From: Macrostomum hystrix
Taxonomy: Eukaryota; Animalia; Platyhelminthes
Direction of reading: 5' to 3'
Length of the DNA: 64,000 nt
Assembly (NCBI GenBank): GCA_950097015.1
Contig: CATNEN010000028.1
Span: 682,001 to 746,000, forward strand
The translations under genes were made by a program, and so were the position numbers. Each line of letters opens with the position of its first letter. Position 1 is the stretch's first letter. The notes under the pieces are model-generated. The model was not told the DNA's origin. It saw nothing but the letters and a program-made list of their open reading frames with translations, and made no database searches. This document shows positions 45,636 to 57,622 of this stretch, piece after piece.

Positions 45636-48600
45636 TCATCCGCTTTTCGCCTCATCGAGTCTCCGAATTCGGCTGTAGATTTCGTCCCATTCAACGTAGC
45701 CGCCGTGAAGAAAGCGCTCAGCAGAGCCAACAACTCGAAATGCCTGACGACCGTGAAGGACGCGTCGATTGTCCACTACCTGGATGTCACCTGACAGAAT
45801 GGGAGAGAATGCTGACAGTGTCGCTGCCGTCTGTCACTCAGTGTCGCTACAATGTCTGTCACTCAGTGTCTCAACAGTCTGTCACTCAGTGTCTCAACAG
45901 TCTGTCACTCAGTGTCTCAACAGTCTGTCACTCAGTGTCTCAACAGTCTGTCACTCTGTGTCTCACTAGTCTGTCACTCAGTGTCGCTACAATGTCTGTC
46001 ACTCAGTGTCGCTACAATGTCTGTCACTCAGTGTCTCAACAGTCTGTCACTCAGTGTCGCTACAATGTCTGTCACTCAGTGTCTCAACAGTCTGTCACTC
46101 TGTGTCTCACTAGTCTGTCACTCAGTGTCGCTACAATGTCTGTCACTCAGTGTCGCTACAATGTCTGTCACTCAGTGTCGCTACAGTCTGTCACTCAGTG
46201 TCTCAACAGTCTGTCACCCACACTGAACTCACCCGTCATCAATTTATGCTGAATACAGCAGGGCGGCTTGCTGAGTATATCGTAGAATAATTTGAGCGCG
46301 TCGTAAAGCAGCTGCACTTTCTCAGGCGGCAGATGGTTCTGATAGTAGTCTCTTGAGTGACTGCTGAAGGTAATCCTATCTACTTCTCCAGCTTTGTTAA
46401 GTCTGAAGATGATTTTGTTTCGTAGGGACCAAATCAACATCTACGAGTATTTGAGTCAAAAATAAAACTCGAATAGATCAATCACAATTAATATGAGTTA
46501 ATATGCATTGCAATAGGTTTTTTAAGTCAATTAGAATGTACGTTTCGGTTTACATTTAAATGTACAACACGATGTACATATGACTGTACGCGTCGATGTA
46601 CATATGACTGTACGCATCGATGTACATATGACTGTACGCATCGATGTACATATGAATGTACATTTTTTACATATCAATGTAAAGCTTGACGCTCATGTCG
46701 ATATACTCTATAATGGATATTTAAATTTTCATTTCGATATAAATAATTTGGATTATGTATTACATGGATTACACCTGCCCCAATCGGGCCATACGTGTAG
46801 CCGACGGCACAGCCCCATCTATTGCGCGGCGCATCTGAAGGCTGCGTACGGCTGTTCAGTCCATGGACTGGGGGGACGCCACACCCACCCTCAATTAGCC
46901 CAGCTAATGCTGGTACCCATTTAACAGCTGGGTGAACTGAAGCAATGCCTAGTTAAGTGCCTTGCTAAAGGACACAAATTGCTCCATTAGAGTCGGGAAT
47001 CGAACCCTCGACCTTCAAGCCGTGAGTCCGACGCTCTAACAGCTAGGCTACAACCCTCACAGTATTATATGTACATTGGTTTTTTGGGATTCCTCAGAGG
47101 GTAACCGGAATTACCGTAGCACTGGTTCTCGATTCAGCAAATGAAAATCGCCCACAAAATCGCTGCCGTAGTCGTTAAAGTCGATTGGCAAGCTGGTCAG
47201 CGCCTCGAAGAGGTCCGGATAGCTGCGACGCAGCAACGACGCGGCCAGGAAGCCGTCAGACAGAAGGCTTTCGCCGCCCTGTATTGAACCGTCGTGCGGC
47301 TGCGAGATGCAGTGAAGGATTTGCACCTGCGGGTATTTTGGACGGTTGTGAACCTCTTGGCAGCATAAAGGTTACTCTTCAACGGCACTGCCACACTCTG
47401 TACCGACAATGTCACTCTGTACCGACAATGTCACTCTGTACCGACAATGTCACTCTGTACCGACAATGTCACTCTGTACCGACAATGTCACTCTGTACCG
47501 ACAATGTCACTCTGTACCGACAATGTCACTCTGTACCGACAATGTCACTCGGTACCGACAATGTCACTCTGTACCGACAATGTCACTCTGTACCGACAAT
47601 GTCACTCTGTACCGACAATGTCACTCTGTACCGACAATGTCACTCTGTACCGACAATGTCACTCTGTACCGACAATGTCACTCTGTACCGACAATGTCAC
47701 TCTGTACCGACAATTTCAATCGGAATCGGCAATGTCACTCTGTATCGAAAATGTCACTCTGTATCTACAATGTCACTCAGTATCGAAAATGTCACTCTGA
47801 ATCGACAATAACACTCTGTCTCAGCAGTTTGCTCACCCCAGGCTTTCTTTCAAAGAAGCACTGGTCAGTGTGGAGGCACAGGTAGCCGCTAGTGTAAGCC
47901 GCGTTGCTGGGATCTTTCTTCGACTTGACCTCGAATGTGTGGCCGTAGTTGCAGGCCGAGAGGTAGCCCGCCAACCGGCGGCCAAAATCGGGGACGACAT
48001 CCAGAGTCGGCGGCGCATGACGCACCAGGAGGCAGCCGAATTTGTCCAGGCAGCGAAGCAGTTTGAGCAGGACTGAGTCGTCTTTCATTAACTGAATTGG
48101 GCAAACAGAAAATTTTTTGCATTATATTATATCCCATCCTATCCCATCCCATCCCATCCCATCACATCACATCCCATCCCTTCCCATCACATCCCATCCC
48201 ATCCATCCCATCCCATCCCTTCCCATCACATCCAATCCCATCCATCCCATCCCATCCCTTCCCATCACATCCCATCCCATCCCATCACATCCCATCCCAT
48301 CCATCCCATCCCATCCCTTCCCATCACATCCCATCCCATCCCATCCCATCCCTTCCCATCACATCCCATCCCATCCCATCCCATCCCTTCCCATCACATC
48401 CCATCCCATCCATCTCATCCCATCCCTTCCCATCACATCCCATCCCATCCATCCCATCCCATCCCATCCCATCCCATCCCATCCCATCCCATCCCATCCC
48501 TTCCCATCACATCCCATCCCATCCCATCCCATCACATCTCATCCCACCTCATCCGATCCCATCCCATCCCATCTCATCCCATCTCATCTCATCCCATCCG

Positions 48601-51600
48601 ATCCCATCCCATCCCATCCCATCCCATCCCATCCCATCCCATCCCATCCCATCCCATCCCATCCCATCCCATCCCATCTCATCCCATCCCATCCCATCCC
48701 TTCCCATCACATCCCATCCCATCCCATCCCATCCCTTCCCATCACATCCCATCCCATCCATCTCATCCCATCCCTTCCCATCACATCCCATCCCATCCAT
48801 CCCATCCCATCCCATCCCATCCCATCCCATCCCATCCCATCCCATCCCTTCCCATCACATCCCATCCCATCCCATCCCATCACATCTCATCCCATCTCAT
48901 CCGATCCCATCCCATCCCATCTCATCCCATCTCATCTCATCCCATCCGATCCCATCCCATCCCATCCCATCCCATCCCATCCCATCCCATCCCATCCCAT
49001 CCCATCCCATCCCATCCCATCCCATCCCATCTCATCCCATCCCATCCCATCCCATCCCATCCCATCCCATCCCATCCCATCTCATCCCATCCCATCCCAT
49101 CCCATCCCATCCCATCCCATCCCATCCCATCCCATCCCATCCCATCACATCTCATCTCATCCCATCTCATCCCATCTCATCCGATCCCATCCCATCCCTT
49201 CCCATCACATCCCATCCCATCCCATCCCATCACATCTCATCCCATCTCATCCGATCCCATCCCATCCCATCTCATCCCATCTCATCTCATCCCATCCGAT
49301 CCCATCCCATCCCATCCCATCCCATCCCATCCCATCCCATCCCATCCCATCCCATCCCATCCCATCCCATCCCATCCCATCTCATCCCATCCCATCCCAT
49401 CCCATCCCATCCCATCCCATCCCATCCCATCTCATCCCATCCCATCCCATCCCATCCCATCCCATCCCATCCCATCACATCTCATCTCATCCCATCTCAT
49501 CCCATCTCATCCGATCCCATCCCATCCCATCTCATCCCATCTCATCCGATCCCATCCCATCCCATCCCATTGAGGCAGTGAATATTTAGGACACTTTTTC
49601 ATTTTGAATTCCTGCCACTTTTTCTCACGCGCTAGCTATTTATCGTAACCTCACGCAGCGCTCTTTGTTCGTTGTATGCGCACTCAAGCGGGACATGCAC
49701 CCACCCCAATTTAGGTATATATATACAGAGAAGAATATAATGCGATCTTTACCTGCTTTCCGTTCTCAACGTTTTGCTCTACGTTCGATACAACCTATAC
49801 GAAATATAAGCGATTCCACTTCCTACCTCTTTCCCTGTTTCGCTATTAAATAAACCAAGTTCCTTAGTTATTTTCACAATAGCAGTAAAACAGTTAGATC
49901 CCTTTACCTTCCCAATCCTCTCCCACTGATCTCTTGTCGGCATTCGTCACCCAAATCCACCCTATTATATGACCCCTTTGAAACCCCAATGTACCGCACA
50001 AAAGTCCCATCAAAAATTCCACCTGAAGTCTATCTGAAGTCCACCTAAAGTTCCCTAAATACCCCCCTGAAGTCCCTAAACTCCGCCTTTATCCCCCCAA
50101 TGAAACTGTACTAATTCCGGACCCCATAGAGGAAAGTAAGTGAGAGTGCGAAGGACGTTCACCAGGCAACTTCAATCCATCCTGATACGCCCCACGGACT
50201 GTGTGCCCCAGATCAGTGACCTTAGCCCTCGTGCCAGCAGTCGATTCCTCTCCCATTGTTAGTAGCTAGTGTCTTGCCGCTCGGGAATTAGCGCTACCTT
50301 AGGTATAACCCGAACTGCGTGGAAAATACCTATTCTCACCCTCATAACTTACGCTACCATCCCCCCAAATACTCAGCACGCCAATCCCAAATCCAACAAA
50401 TAGAGAGAGAGCTGAGAGGTCTGCTACACCATCCCATCCCATCCCATCCCATCCTATCCCATCCCATTCCATCCTATCCCACCACATCCCATCCCATCCC
50501 ATCACATCCCATCCCATCCCATTCCATCCCATCTCATCCAATCTCATCCGATCCCATCCCATCCTCCCATCCCATCCCATCCCATCCTATCCCATCCCAT
50601 CCCACCTCATCCCATCCCATTACATTCCATTACATCCCATCCCATCATATTCCGTCCTGTCCCATCCCATCCCATCCCATCCCATCCCATCACATCCCGT
50701 TCCGATTTCAAACCTCAGAGTAGTCGAACTCGGCCTGCTCCTGGCTCCAGCTCTTCTCCCGAGTCAACTTCACCAGCCTGGTCTCACGATTGTCTCTCGC
50801 CGACTCCGTGAAGCTGTGCAAATGAAGCCACTGCCGAGTGTAGCTGCTGATGTGGCCGTCCTGCCATTCAACAGTGAGGAGGCCGGATTTCGGACTCACC
50901 TGGTAAGGCATAAAAAAGGAAAATCCCGAATTAATTAATCCCACTCCCCCATCAGTCAGGGAAATCCCAGATAAAACACGGGAATCCTGGATCAAACAGG
51001 AATCTTCCATGAATCAGGAGAATCCCATATCAAACAGGGAAATCCCACATCAAACAGGGAAATCTTATATCAAACAGGAGAATCCCATATCAAACAGGGA
51101 AATCCCAGATCAATCATCTATCAAACAGGGAAATCCCACATCAAACAGGGAAATCCCCCCATCAAACAGGAGAATCACGTATTAAATGGGGGAATCCTGG
51201 ATCAAAAATGGAAATCCTGAATCAAGAAGGGAAATCTTGGATTAAACAGGGGAATCCTGGATCAAAAAGGGAAATCCTGGATCAAACAGGGGTATCCTGG
51301 ATCAAACAGGGGAATCCTAGATCAAACAGGGGAATCCTGGATCAAACAGGGGAATCCTAGATCAAATAGGGGAATCCTACATTAAACAGGGGAATCCTAG
51401 ATCAAACAGAGGAATCCTGGATCAAACAGGGGAATCCTAGATCAAATAGGGGAATCCTACATTAAACAGGGGAATCCTGGATCAAACAGGGGAATCCTGG
51501 ATCAAACAGGGGAATTGTGGATTGAACAGGTGAGTTATGCATTTATCGGGGGAATCCTGGATCAAACAAAGGAATCCCGCATCGAAAGAAAGGACGAAAT

Positions 51601-52617
51601 CCCGCGTCGATCTGCAAAATCCCTCTTCAAAAATGGTAACCGAGCATTAAACTGGAAATCGAAAGCCACGTAATGGCATCCTGAAAAAAACTAAATGTCG
51701 CAGCAAGATCTCGTATCTCTTTAGATACGATTAAATATCGTTTTAGCGTACTTTTTCAAGTTAAGCGCATTGAACTACTTAAAACCAGTAGCGGCAGTAG
51801 TAACTATAGAGTGCAGCACTCACCGCTGCTGACTTCACTGGCATTTTTGGATCGAAATCTTTGAAATGCAGAGTGCGCGATCGCGTGACGGAGTTGAAGC
51901 ACTGGGGGCACTGGCAGGAGTCTCTCAGCCAGGCCAGAGGCAGAACTTCTGAACCAGTTGAAGGCCACGTGATCGTCAATAGACGTCGGCCTTCGTCGAG
52001 ATTCACAACGGCAGCTTCCGGGCTGAGTTCGTGAGCCGGCGATGACGGCACCCCGGAGAGACTGACGTTCGGGCCATAGACAATTAATTGTAACATGAAT
52101 CACTCCGGTAAACCACACTGATTGTCACACAGAAAATCACACAGATAAAATACACGATAATATTTTTAATAATTAAAGGAGGGCTACGGGCGATGGCACA
52201 TCATTCGGTGACACTAGACTCTCAGCCAGCGAGGAGGCAATTCTGCCCATTCCGCTGACTCCTGAGCATACACTCACACAGATACCAGGCAGTACACTCT
52301 CACTATAAATGTGGTCTCGCCTCGGAATCGAGCTCAGGGACCTTGGTGCGAGAGGCGAACGTGTAAAACAATAATATGATGCAGTTTTCTACCATTGTTT
52401 GCGGTGCAGTGCAATATTTAACTGTTTAAAAATTGATTTATAGCCTAAAATAACCAGTAGAAGTTCTTAATGATTTATTGTGGCCTTACCATCTAATGAG
52501 CTCCGGTCGCTGACAGCCCAGTTTGATTGGCAGTTGATGACAAACACTCGCGCTTGCACGCATCGGCAGGGCTGAACAGCGCAATGCCCGCACTACTGGC
52601 CTAGCCAGGCCAAGCAT
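45636..52617 (-). CDS. BBOX1: Gamma-butyrobetaine dioxygenase (carnitine biosynthesis), 447 aa
   Basis: Exons 52617-52490, 52061-51824 (WLRDSCQCPQC), 50899-50714 (VEWQDGHISSY), 48091-47837 (NAAYTSGYLCLHTD), 47326-47115 (QILHC…GGES…DGF), 46402-46233 and 45790-45636 (DNRRVLHGR…GGYVEWDE). Phases 2,0,0,0,2,1 are all compatible; the total of 1344 nt ends in TGA. Confidence 0.93.
45829..46216. repeat. 23-bp minisatellite (gtctgtcactcagtgtctcaaca) in BBOX1 intron 6
   Basis: Tandem periodicity. Confidence 0.93.
46571..46657. repeat. 21-bp tandem repeat (gatgtacatatgactgtacgc), about 4 copies, BBOX1 intron 5
   Basis: Tandem periodicity. Confidence 0.85.
46760..47056 (-). mobile_element. tRNA-derived CORE-like SINE (family B), near full length
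   Basis: Minus strand: gtagcctagctgttagagcg, ggttcgattcc, then gtgtcctttagcaaggcacttaact...gcttcagttcacccagctgttaaatggg, which resembles the CORE consensus (ccttgggcaagtcacttaac...gcctcagtt...ctgtaaaatggg). Confidence 0.82.
47392..47820. repeat. 19-bp minisatellite (tgtcactctgtaccgacaa) in BBOX1 intron 4
   Basis: Tandem periodicity. Confidence 0.94.
48133..49570. repeat. (ATCCC)n pentanucleotide satellite in BBOX1 intron 3
   Basis: Simple repeat with ATCTC, ATCAC and ATCCG variants. Confidence 0.97.
50430..50700. repeat. (ATCCC)n second block next to the BBOX1 exon 3 donor
   Basis: Simple repeat. Confidence 0.92.
50965..51570. repeat. 20-bp minisatellite (atcaaacaggggaatcctgg) in BBOX1 intron 2
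   Basis: Tandem periodicity. Confidence 0.9.
52205..52370 (-). mobile_element. SINE family A, internally deleted, in BBOX1 intron 1
   Basis: Reverse complement matches the head (gcaccaaggtccctgagctcgattcc) and tail (tcaggagtcagcggaa...ctcctcgctggctga) of 55365-55685. The central hairpin is deleted. Confidence 0.82.
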
Positions 52618-53024
52618 ATTTCCGACTGAAAGGCTCGAAAATTGCTTAGAATTTCTAAGAAGAGAGCGACGAAAGTCGAATCAGACTACACAATGAGCGC
52701 TGTATATTTATAATTTCTGGGTGTGCGATTAAGGTGTACACGATCCCACTCTATTTCTTAGTACTTTCTCTTCTCTCTCTCTGCAGAGAAAAGTGTTCTA
52801 CGTTGTGAAATTATTCTTCTGATAAAGACACCCTTATCAACTAGGTTGCCAACCCGAAAAGACCTGGACGGGTTTATTTTCAGAAAAATTTTCTGTCTGC
52901 CTGATAACGATCTGCCATTCGAAAACTTACATACACTACAATGGCAAACTAGTGCAAAATATATTCAACACAGTCACAGTCACAGAGAAACGAGAGTGCA
53001 AGACAGAGATTCGACGATTTCTTC

Positions 53025-53835
53025 GACAATTCCTTCGATAGCTGATTAAATGATTCCTTCGATACCTGATCAGATGATTCCTTCGATACCTGATTAGACG
53101 ATTCCTTCGATACCTGATCAGACAATTCCTTCGATACCCGATCAGAGGATTTATTCGATTCCTGATTAGACGATTCCTTCGATACCTGATCAGACAATTC
53201 CTTCGATACCCGATCAGAGGATTTATTTGATTCCTGATGAGACGATTCCTTCGATACCCGATCAGAGGATTTATTTGATTCCTGATGAGACGATTCCTTC
53301 GATACCCGATCAGACGATTCCTTCGATACCAGATCAGACAATTCCTTCGATAACTGATTAGATGATTCAGTCGATACCAGATCAGACAATTCCTTCGATA
53401 CCTGATCAGATGATTCATTCGATAACTGATTAGATGATTCATTCGATACCAGATCAGACAATTCCTTCGATACCTGATCAGATGATTCATTCGATAACTG
53501 ATCAGATGATTCATTCGATAACTGATTAGATGATTCAGTCGATACCAGATCAGACAATTCCTTCGATACCTGATCAGATGATTCATTCGATACCTTATCA
53601 GATAATTCATTCGATACCAGATTAGATTATTCCTTCGATACCTGATCAGATGATTCCTTCGATACCTGATTAGACGATTCCTTCGATACCTGATCAGACA
53701 ATTCCTTCGATACCCGATCAGAGGATTTATTCGATTCCTGATGAGACGATTCCTTCGATACCTTATCCGACGATTCCTTCGATACCTTATCAGATAATTC
53801 ATTCGATACCAGATTAGATTATTCCTTCGATACCG
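53025..53835. repeat. 24-bp minisatellite (gattccttcgatacctgatcagac)
   Basis: Tandem periodicity. Confidence 0.93.
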
Positions 53836-54202
53836 GATTAAATTATTCTTTTAATCCCAGATTTCATTCATCTATACTAAGATCTCTTCGATATTTTTCT
53901 TCCTTCGATACCTGTTTAAATGATTCAGTCGGGACTGCACTAGTAGATTTCAGACAAACGAACAAACCATCCTTCTGGGGCTTATTTCCGAATTTTATAC
54001 GACTGTCTGCAAGATTCTCAGAAGCTAATTCATTTCTTTTAGCATGTTGAGCAAACAACAGTTATCACTGTCAGTTTTCTCTATTTTGCACCGCTTTTTG
54101 TAGTCATGGCAACCCATGAATTACATATCCCAGCCCCCGTGTCCCTAAGATAACTGAGACTCTGGTAACAGGAAAGCTGAGCAGAGTTCTCAACCCACAC
54201 CG

Positions 54203-55195
54203 ATGGATTCGTCAAATTCAACAAACCTGACTCTGAGCAAAGCCGGCATCGCATCCGGCAGCCTCGCACAGACATTGCTGCTAGCTTGCCGGGCCCACCT
54301 CCTAGCAGCTGGACTCGTGTTGAACTGTCTCTGCCTGGCTGCCACCATCATTCCCAGAGGGCGCCTCGGCGGCTCCGCCAACCGGACAGCGGGCCGACTG
54401 CTCGGACATCAGTTCTGCATCGATGCCTGGATCTGCCTTCTGTGCCTGCTGAACTCCCCGGGCCTGCTGCCCGACTTTACCGGCTACGGCGGGCCGGCCG
54501 TTTGCTACCTGTGGCACACCCAGACTGTCTACTGGGCCATTGTGGCCCTGGGAGTCGGCAATCTGCTGCTAATCAGCTGGGAGAGATTCACGGCGGTCGT
54601 CAGGCCGATTCACTATCGCTCCTCGGCGAAGACTGTCGGCGCATTCGCCTGTCAACTGGCGGGCATCTACTGCGCCGCCGGCTGTCTGGCCCTGCCGACG
54701 GCTCTCTACGTGCGCTTCGATTCGGCTGCGGGCGTCTGCCGACTGGGCGAATCGGCAATTCAGTCCGCTACGCTTGACAATCTACTCATGGGCCACTCCG
54801 TGCTCTGGTTTCTTGGCGTCTACCTAGGTCCCGTGGTTGCCATGGCGTTCATGCAGGCTCGAGTTGTGGTCGCAGTCAGGGCGACGCCATGCGGTCGAGC
54901 GGCTTTGGAGCTGACTCGAACCGCCGTAGCAGCTACCGTTCTATTCGCGGCCACCTTCGCGCTGGACTCATTCTACTACCTGATTGGCTCGCTAACGCCT
55001 GGCATTCGATACGAGCTCAACTCGCCTCTGCAGATAGTCAGCAGCTTCCTGGTGACGCTGAACTCCTGCGTCAATGCCCCTGTCTGCCTCGTTGGCGTTC
55101 GACGCCTGCGGATTCGGCTGCATCGACTGCTCACCTGCGGCGGCGTTGCTCCCGGCGGCGTTGTGGGTCCGGAGACAGTCGAGTCCGAGTTCTGA
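54203..55195 (+). CDS. Intronless class A (rhodopsin-like) orphan GPCR, 330 aa
   Basis: Seven hydrophobic segments, N-terminal NST/NLT sequons, TM3 ISWERFTAVVRPIHY, Cys at the top of TM3 and in ECL2, TM7 LNSCVNAPVC. Confidence 0.85.
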   Translation: MDSSNSTNLTLSKAGIASGSLAQTLLLACRAHLLAAGLVLNCLCLAATIIPRGRLGGSANRTAGRLLGHQFCIDAWICLLCLLNSPGLLPDFTGYGGPAVCYLWHTQTVYWAIVALGVGNLLLISWERFTAVVRPIHYRSSAKTVGAFACQLAGIYCAAGCLALPTALYVRFDSAAGVCRLGESAIQSATLDNLLMGHSVLWFLGVYLGPVVAMAFMQARVVVAVRATPCGRAALELTRTAVAATVLFAATFALDSFYYLIGSLTPGIRYELNSPLQIVSSFLVTLNSCVNAPVCLVGVRRLRIRLHRLLTCGGVAPGGVVGPETVESEF

Positions 55196-55364
55196 TGGAT
55201 TCGAACTCAGGACCTTAATGACAGGCTCGGACGCGTTGTTGTGGAGACATTTTGTTTGGTGTTTGTTCGGTCTGTTGTGATCGCAGAGATTTGCACGACT
55301 GCTAAAGATTTCTTTGTTTTCTAAAGTTCTATTGAACACTGCCTGAATATCTGCCTGCATCTCT

Positions 55365-55685
55365 GGGGGGGCTTAGTGGCAGAGCAATTAACGCTTTCGC
55401 CTCTTGCGCCAAGGTCCCTGAGCTCGATTCCACGGCGAGGCCAACTTTATTTGGAGCGCAGCCGCGGAGAGAAGGCTTAGCGGCTTTTCGCGCAATTTAC
55501 GCCCTTGAGGGCCAACCTCCAAGGCACAGTGAGAGTGTACACTGCCTGACGATGAGAAAGTCAGGGCAGATGTACACACCTGTGTGAGCGTGTGCCTGCG
55601 TACGGTATCTGCGCGTGTGTGCTCAGGAGTCAGCGGAACGGGCAGAATTGCCTCCTCGCTGGCTGAAAGTCTAGTGGCACCAATT
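55365..55685 (+). mobile_element. tRNA-derived SINE family A, longest copy in the window
   Basis: gggggggcttagtggcagagcaa (A box), gagctcgattcc (B-box-like), central hairpin 55535-55577, and a tail shared with three other copies. Confidence 0.87.
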
Positions 55686-55728
55686 GATGTACCATTGTCC
55701 GCAGCCCTTCAGCATTATACCTGCCTCT

Positions 55729-56040
55729 CTACCTCTACCACCAAATCTACCTCCAAATCTACCACCAAATCTACCTCCAAATCCACCACCAAATCTACCA
55801 CCAGATCTAACACCATATCTACCACCAAATCTACCACCAAATCTACCTCCAAATCTACCACCAAATCTACCTCCAAATCTACCACCAAATCTACCACCAA
55901 ATCTACCACCAAATCTACCACCAAATCTACCACCAAATCTATCTCCAAATCTACCACCAAATCTACCACCAAATCTACCACCAAATCTACCACCAAATCT
56001 ACCACCAAATCTACCTCCAAATCTACCTCCAAATCTACCA
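55729..56040. repeat. 12-bp minisatellite (accaccaaatct)
   Basis: Tandem periodicity. Confidence 0.94.
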
Positions 56041-57334
56041 TGCTAAAGTTTCTGTTCGCCACAAAACGGTGATGTCGGTTTCAGTCGACTAAGCAGTTTA
56101 AACAGTGCCGCGAAAATCTCGCTATTCGTCCTTCGATTGTTATTTTAGGCACAAAAATACTGACGCCAGTTCGCACAGACATGACTAACCAACTGAGCCA
56201 GCTGATTATCTGCAATAAGCTTTCACGCAATACCAGCCTGATGTTAATTGAATCCCAGATCCCTACCGAAGTTCCACGCCAACGAATTAATATTCTCTTC
56301 CTTAAGGCCCCAGCTAAGAAATGGCGGGATCTTTGAGACGAAGGCTTTGAGAGAGAGAGAGAGAGGAAAAATTCAAGAATAATGAAAGACAACTGCGAGG
56401 ACTTTCCGGGATCAAGAAAAGCCTATAATCCCTTTGTGGTTGGGATTTCCGTAATTCAGACATTTTCTAATGCCTCTGTCAGTTTTGTTTGACTCGTGAG
56501 TTTCACGCTTCCTTTGGCAAGTCAAAATCCTCCCTGGCAGCCCTGAAGTCCAGTTTTGAATTTTTGAAAGAAATGAGGTTTCATTCAAAGCAATGTTAGT
56601 TGTCTCTTGTCACTGCAGAGTCTTCGTTAGGAATCGCTGAATAACTCGACGATGCTGATCGTAAAGGGCGGAAAATGTTGATCCATTTGGTGGACTTTAA
56701 CGAAAATTCGTGAAGTAGGCATTGGGGATTTGAAATAGCCCGTGGTTTTTTCTACTATTAATAGGCACTGAATATTGAACAGTGTCAATGAACCAAAGCT
56801 AGAATAGAATTCCTTCCTATACAATTCCATTTCTTGGAAATTTTCTTCCGTTTCAACGCAAGAAGCAAAGAAAAAAAATTGAAGTTGCTCTGCTCTGACT
56901 TTCGGGTCGAGTGTAAACACAGATGTGGCTATAAATAAAATCTACATATGTATTTATATTCCAATTCCAAATCTTCAAGCGAAAAAATGATGGCCAAGCC
57001 TGCTGAAACTCCCGTACCTTGGCTTCTTAAATTTGCCTTTCTTAGAAAGCACATCGCTAATGAGATTCCCGGGCCCTGCTTTGACTGATTTGGCTCTGGA
57101 AAAAAAACCTGGTTAAACCAATTGAATCTATTTTCTATTCTGGTTTACTGTTTCGCTTACTTATCTTTTTCATGCATTGTCTTTTCTTGAGAACATTTCA
57201 GCAATTGTTTGCCTTGTTTATTGAAAATGATGCTGAGAATGTACTAAATGAAATGAACAATGGGGTATTTTTATACTGTTGCCTATTTCACTCTAGTCCT
57301 GGCCTTTGATTTTCTCACCTTTTGATTCTCATCA

Positions 57335-57622
57335 ATGTGATTATCACGCCCTGTGAGCTTCCTCCTGTGATTATCACACATGTGATTCTACTCCTGTGAA
57401 TATCAGACGTGATTCTCCTGTTGTGATTATCACACCTGTGATTCTCCCGTTGTGATTATCACACCTGTGATTCTCCTGTTGTGATTATCACACCTGTGAT
57501 TCTCTCGTTGTGATTATCACACCTGTGATTCTCCTACTGCGAATATCACAGGTGTGATTCTCCTGTTGTGATTATCACACCTGTGATTCTCCTACCGTGA
57601 ATATCACACCTGTGATTCTCAC
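57335..57622. repeat. 29-bp minisatellite (gtgattatcacacctgtgattctcctgtt)
   Basis: Tandem periodicity. The unit contains the palindrome gtgat-t-atcac. Confidence 0.9.

Noticed and set aside
46985-47056. tRNA gene
   Set aside because: A and B boxes are present, but there is no complete cloverleaf and the sequence continues into a CORE-like body, so it is a SINE head.
55541-55570. CTGACGA...GAAA...GTC in SINE A as a hammerhead core
   Set aside because: No helix II or III can form and helix I would start with a mismatch. A simple hairpin explains the sequence.
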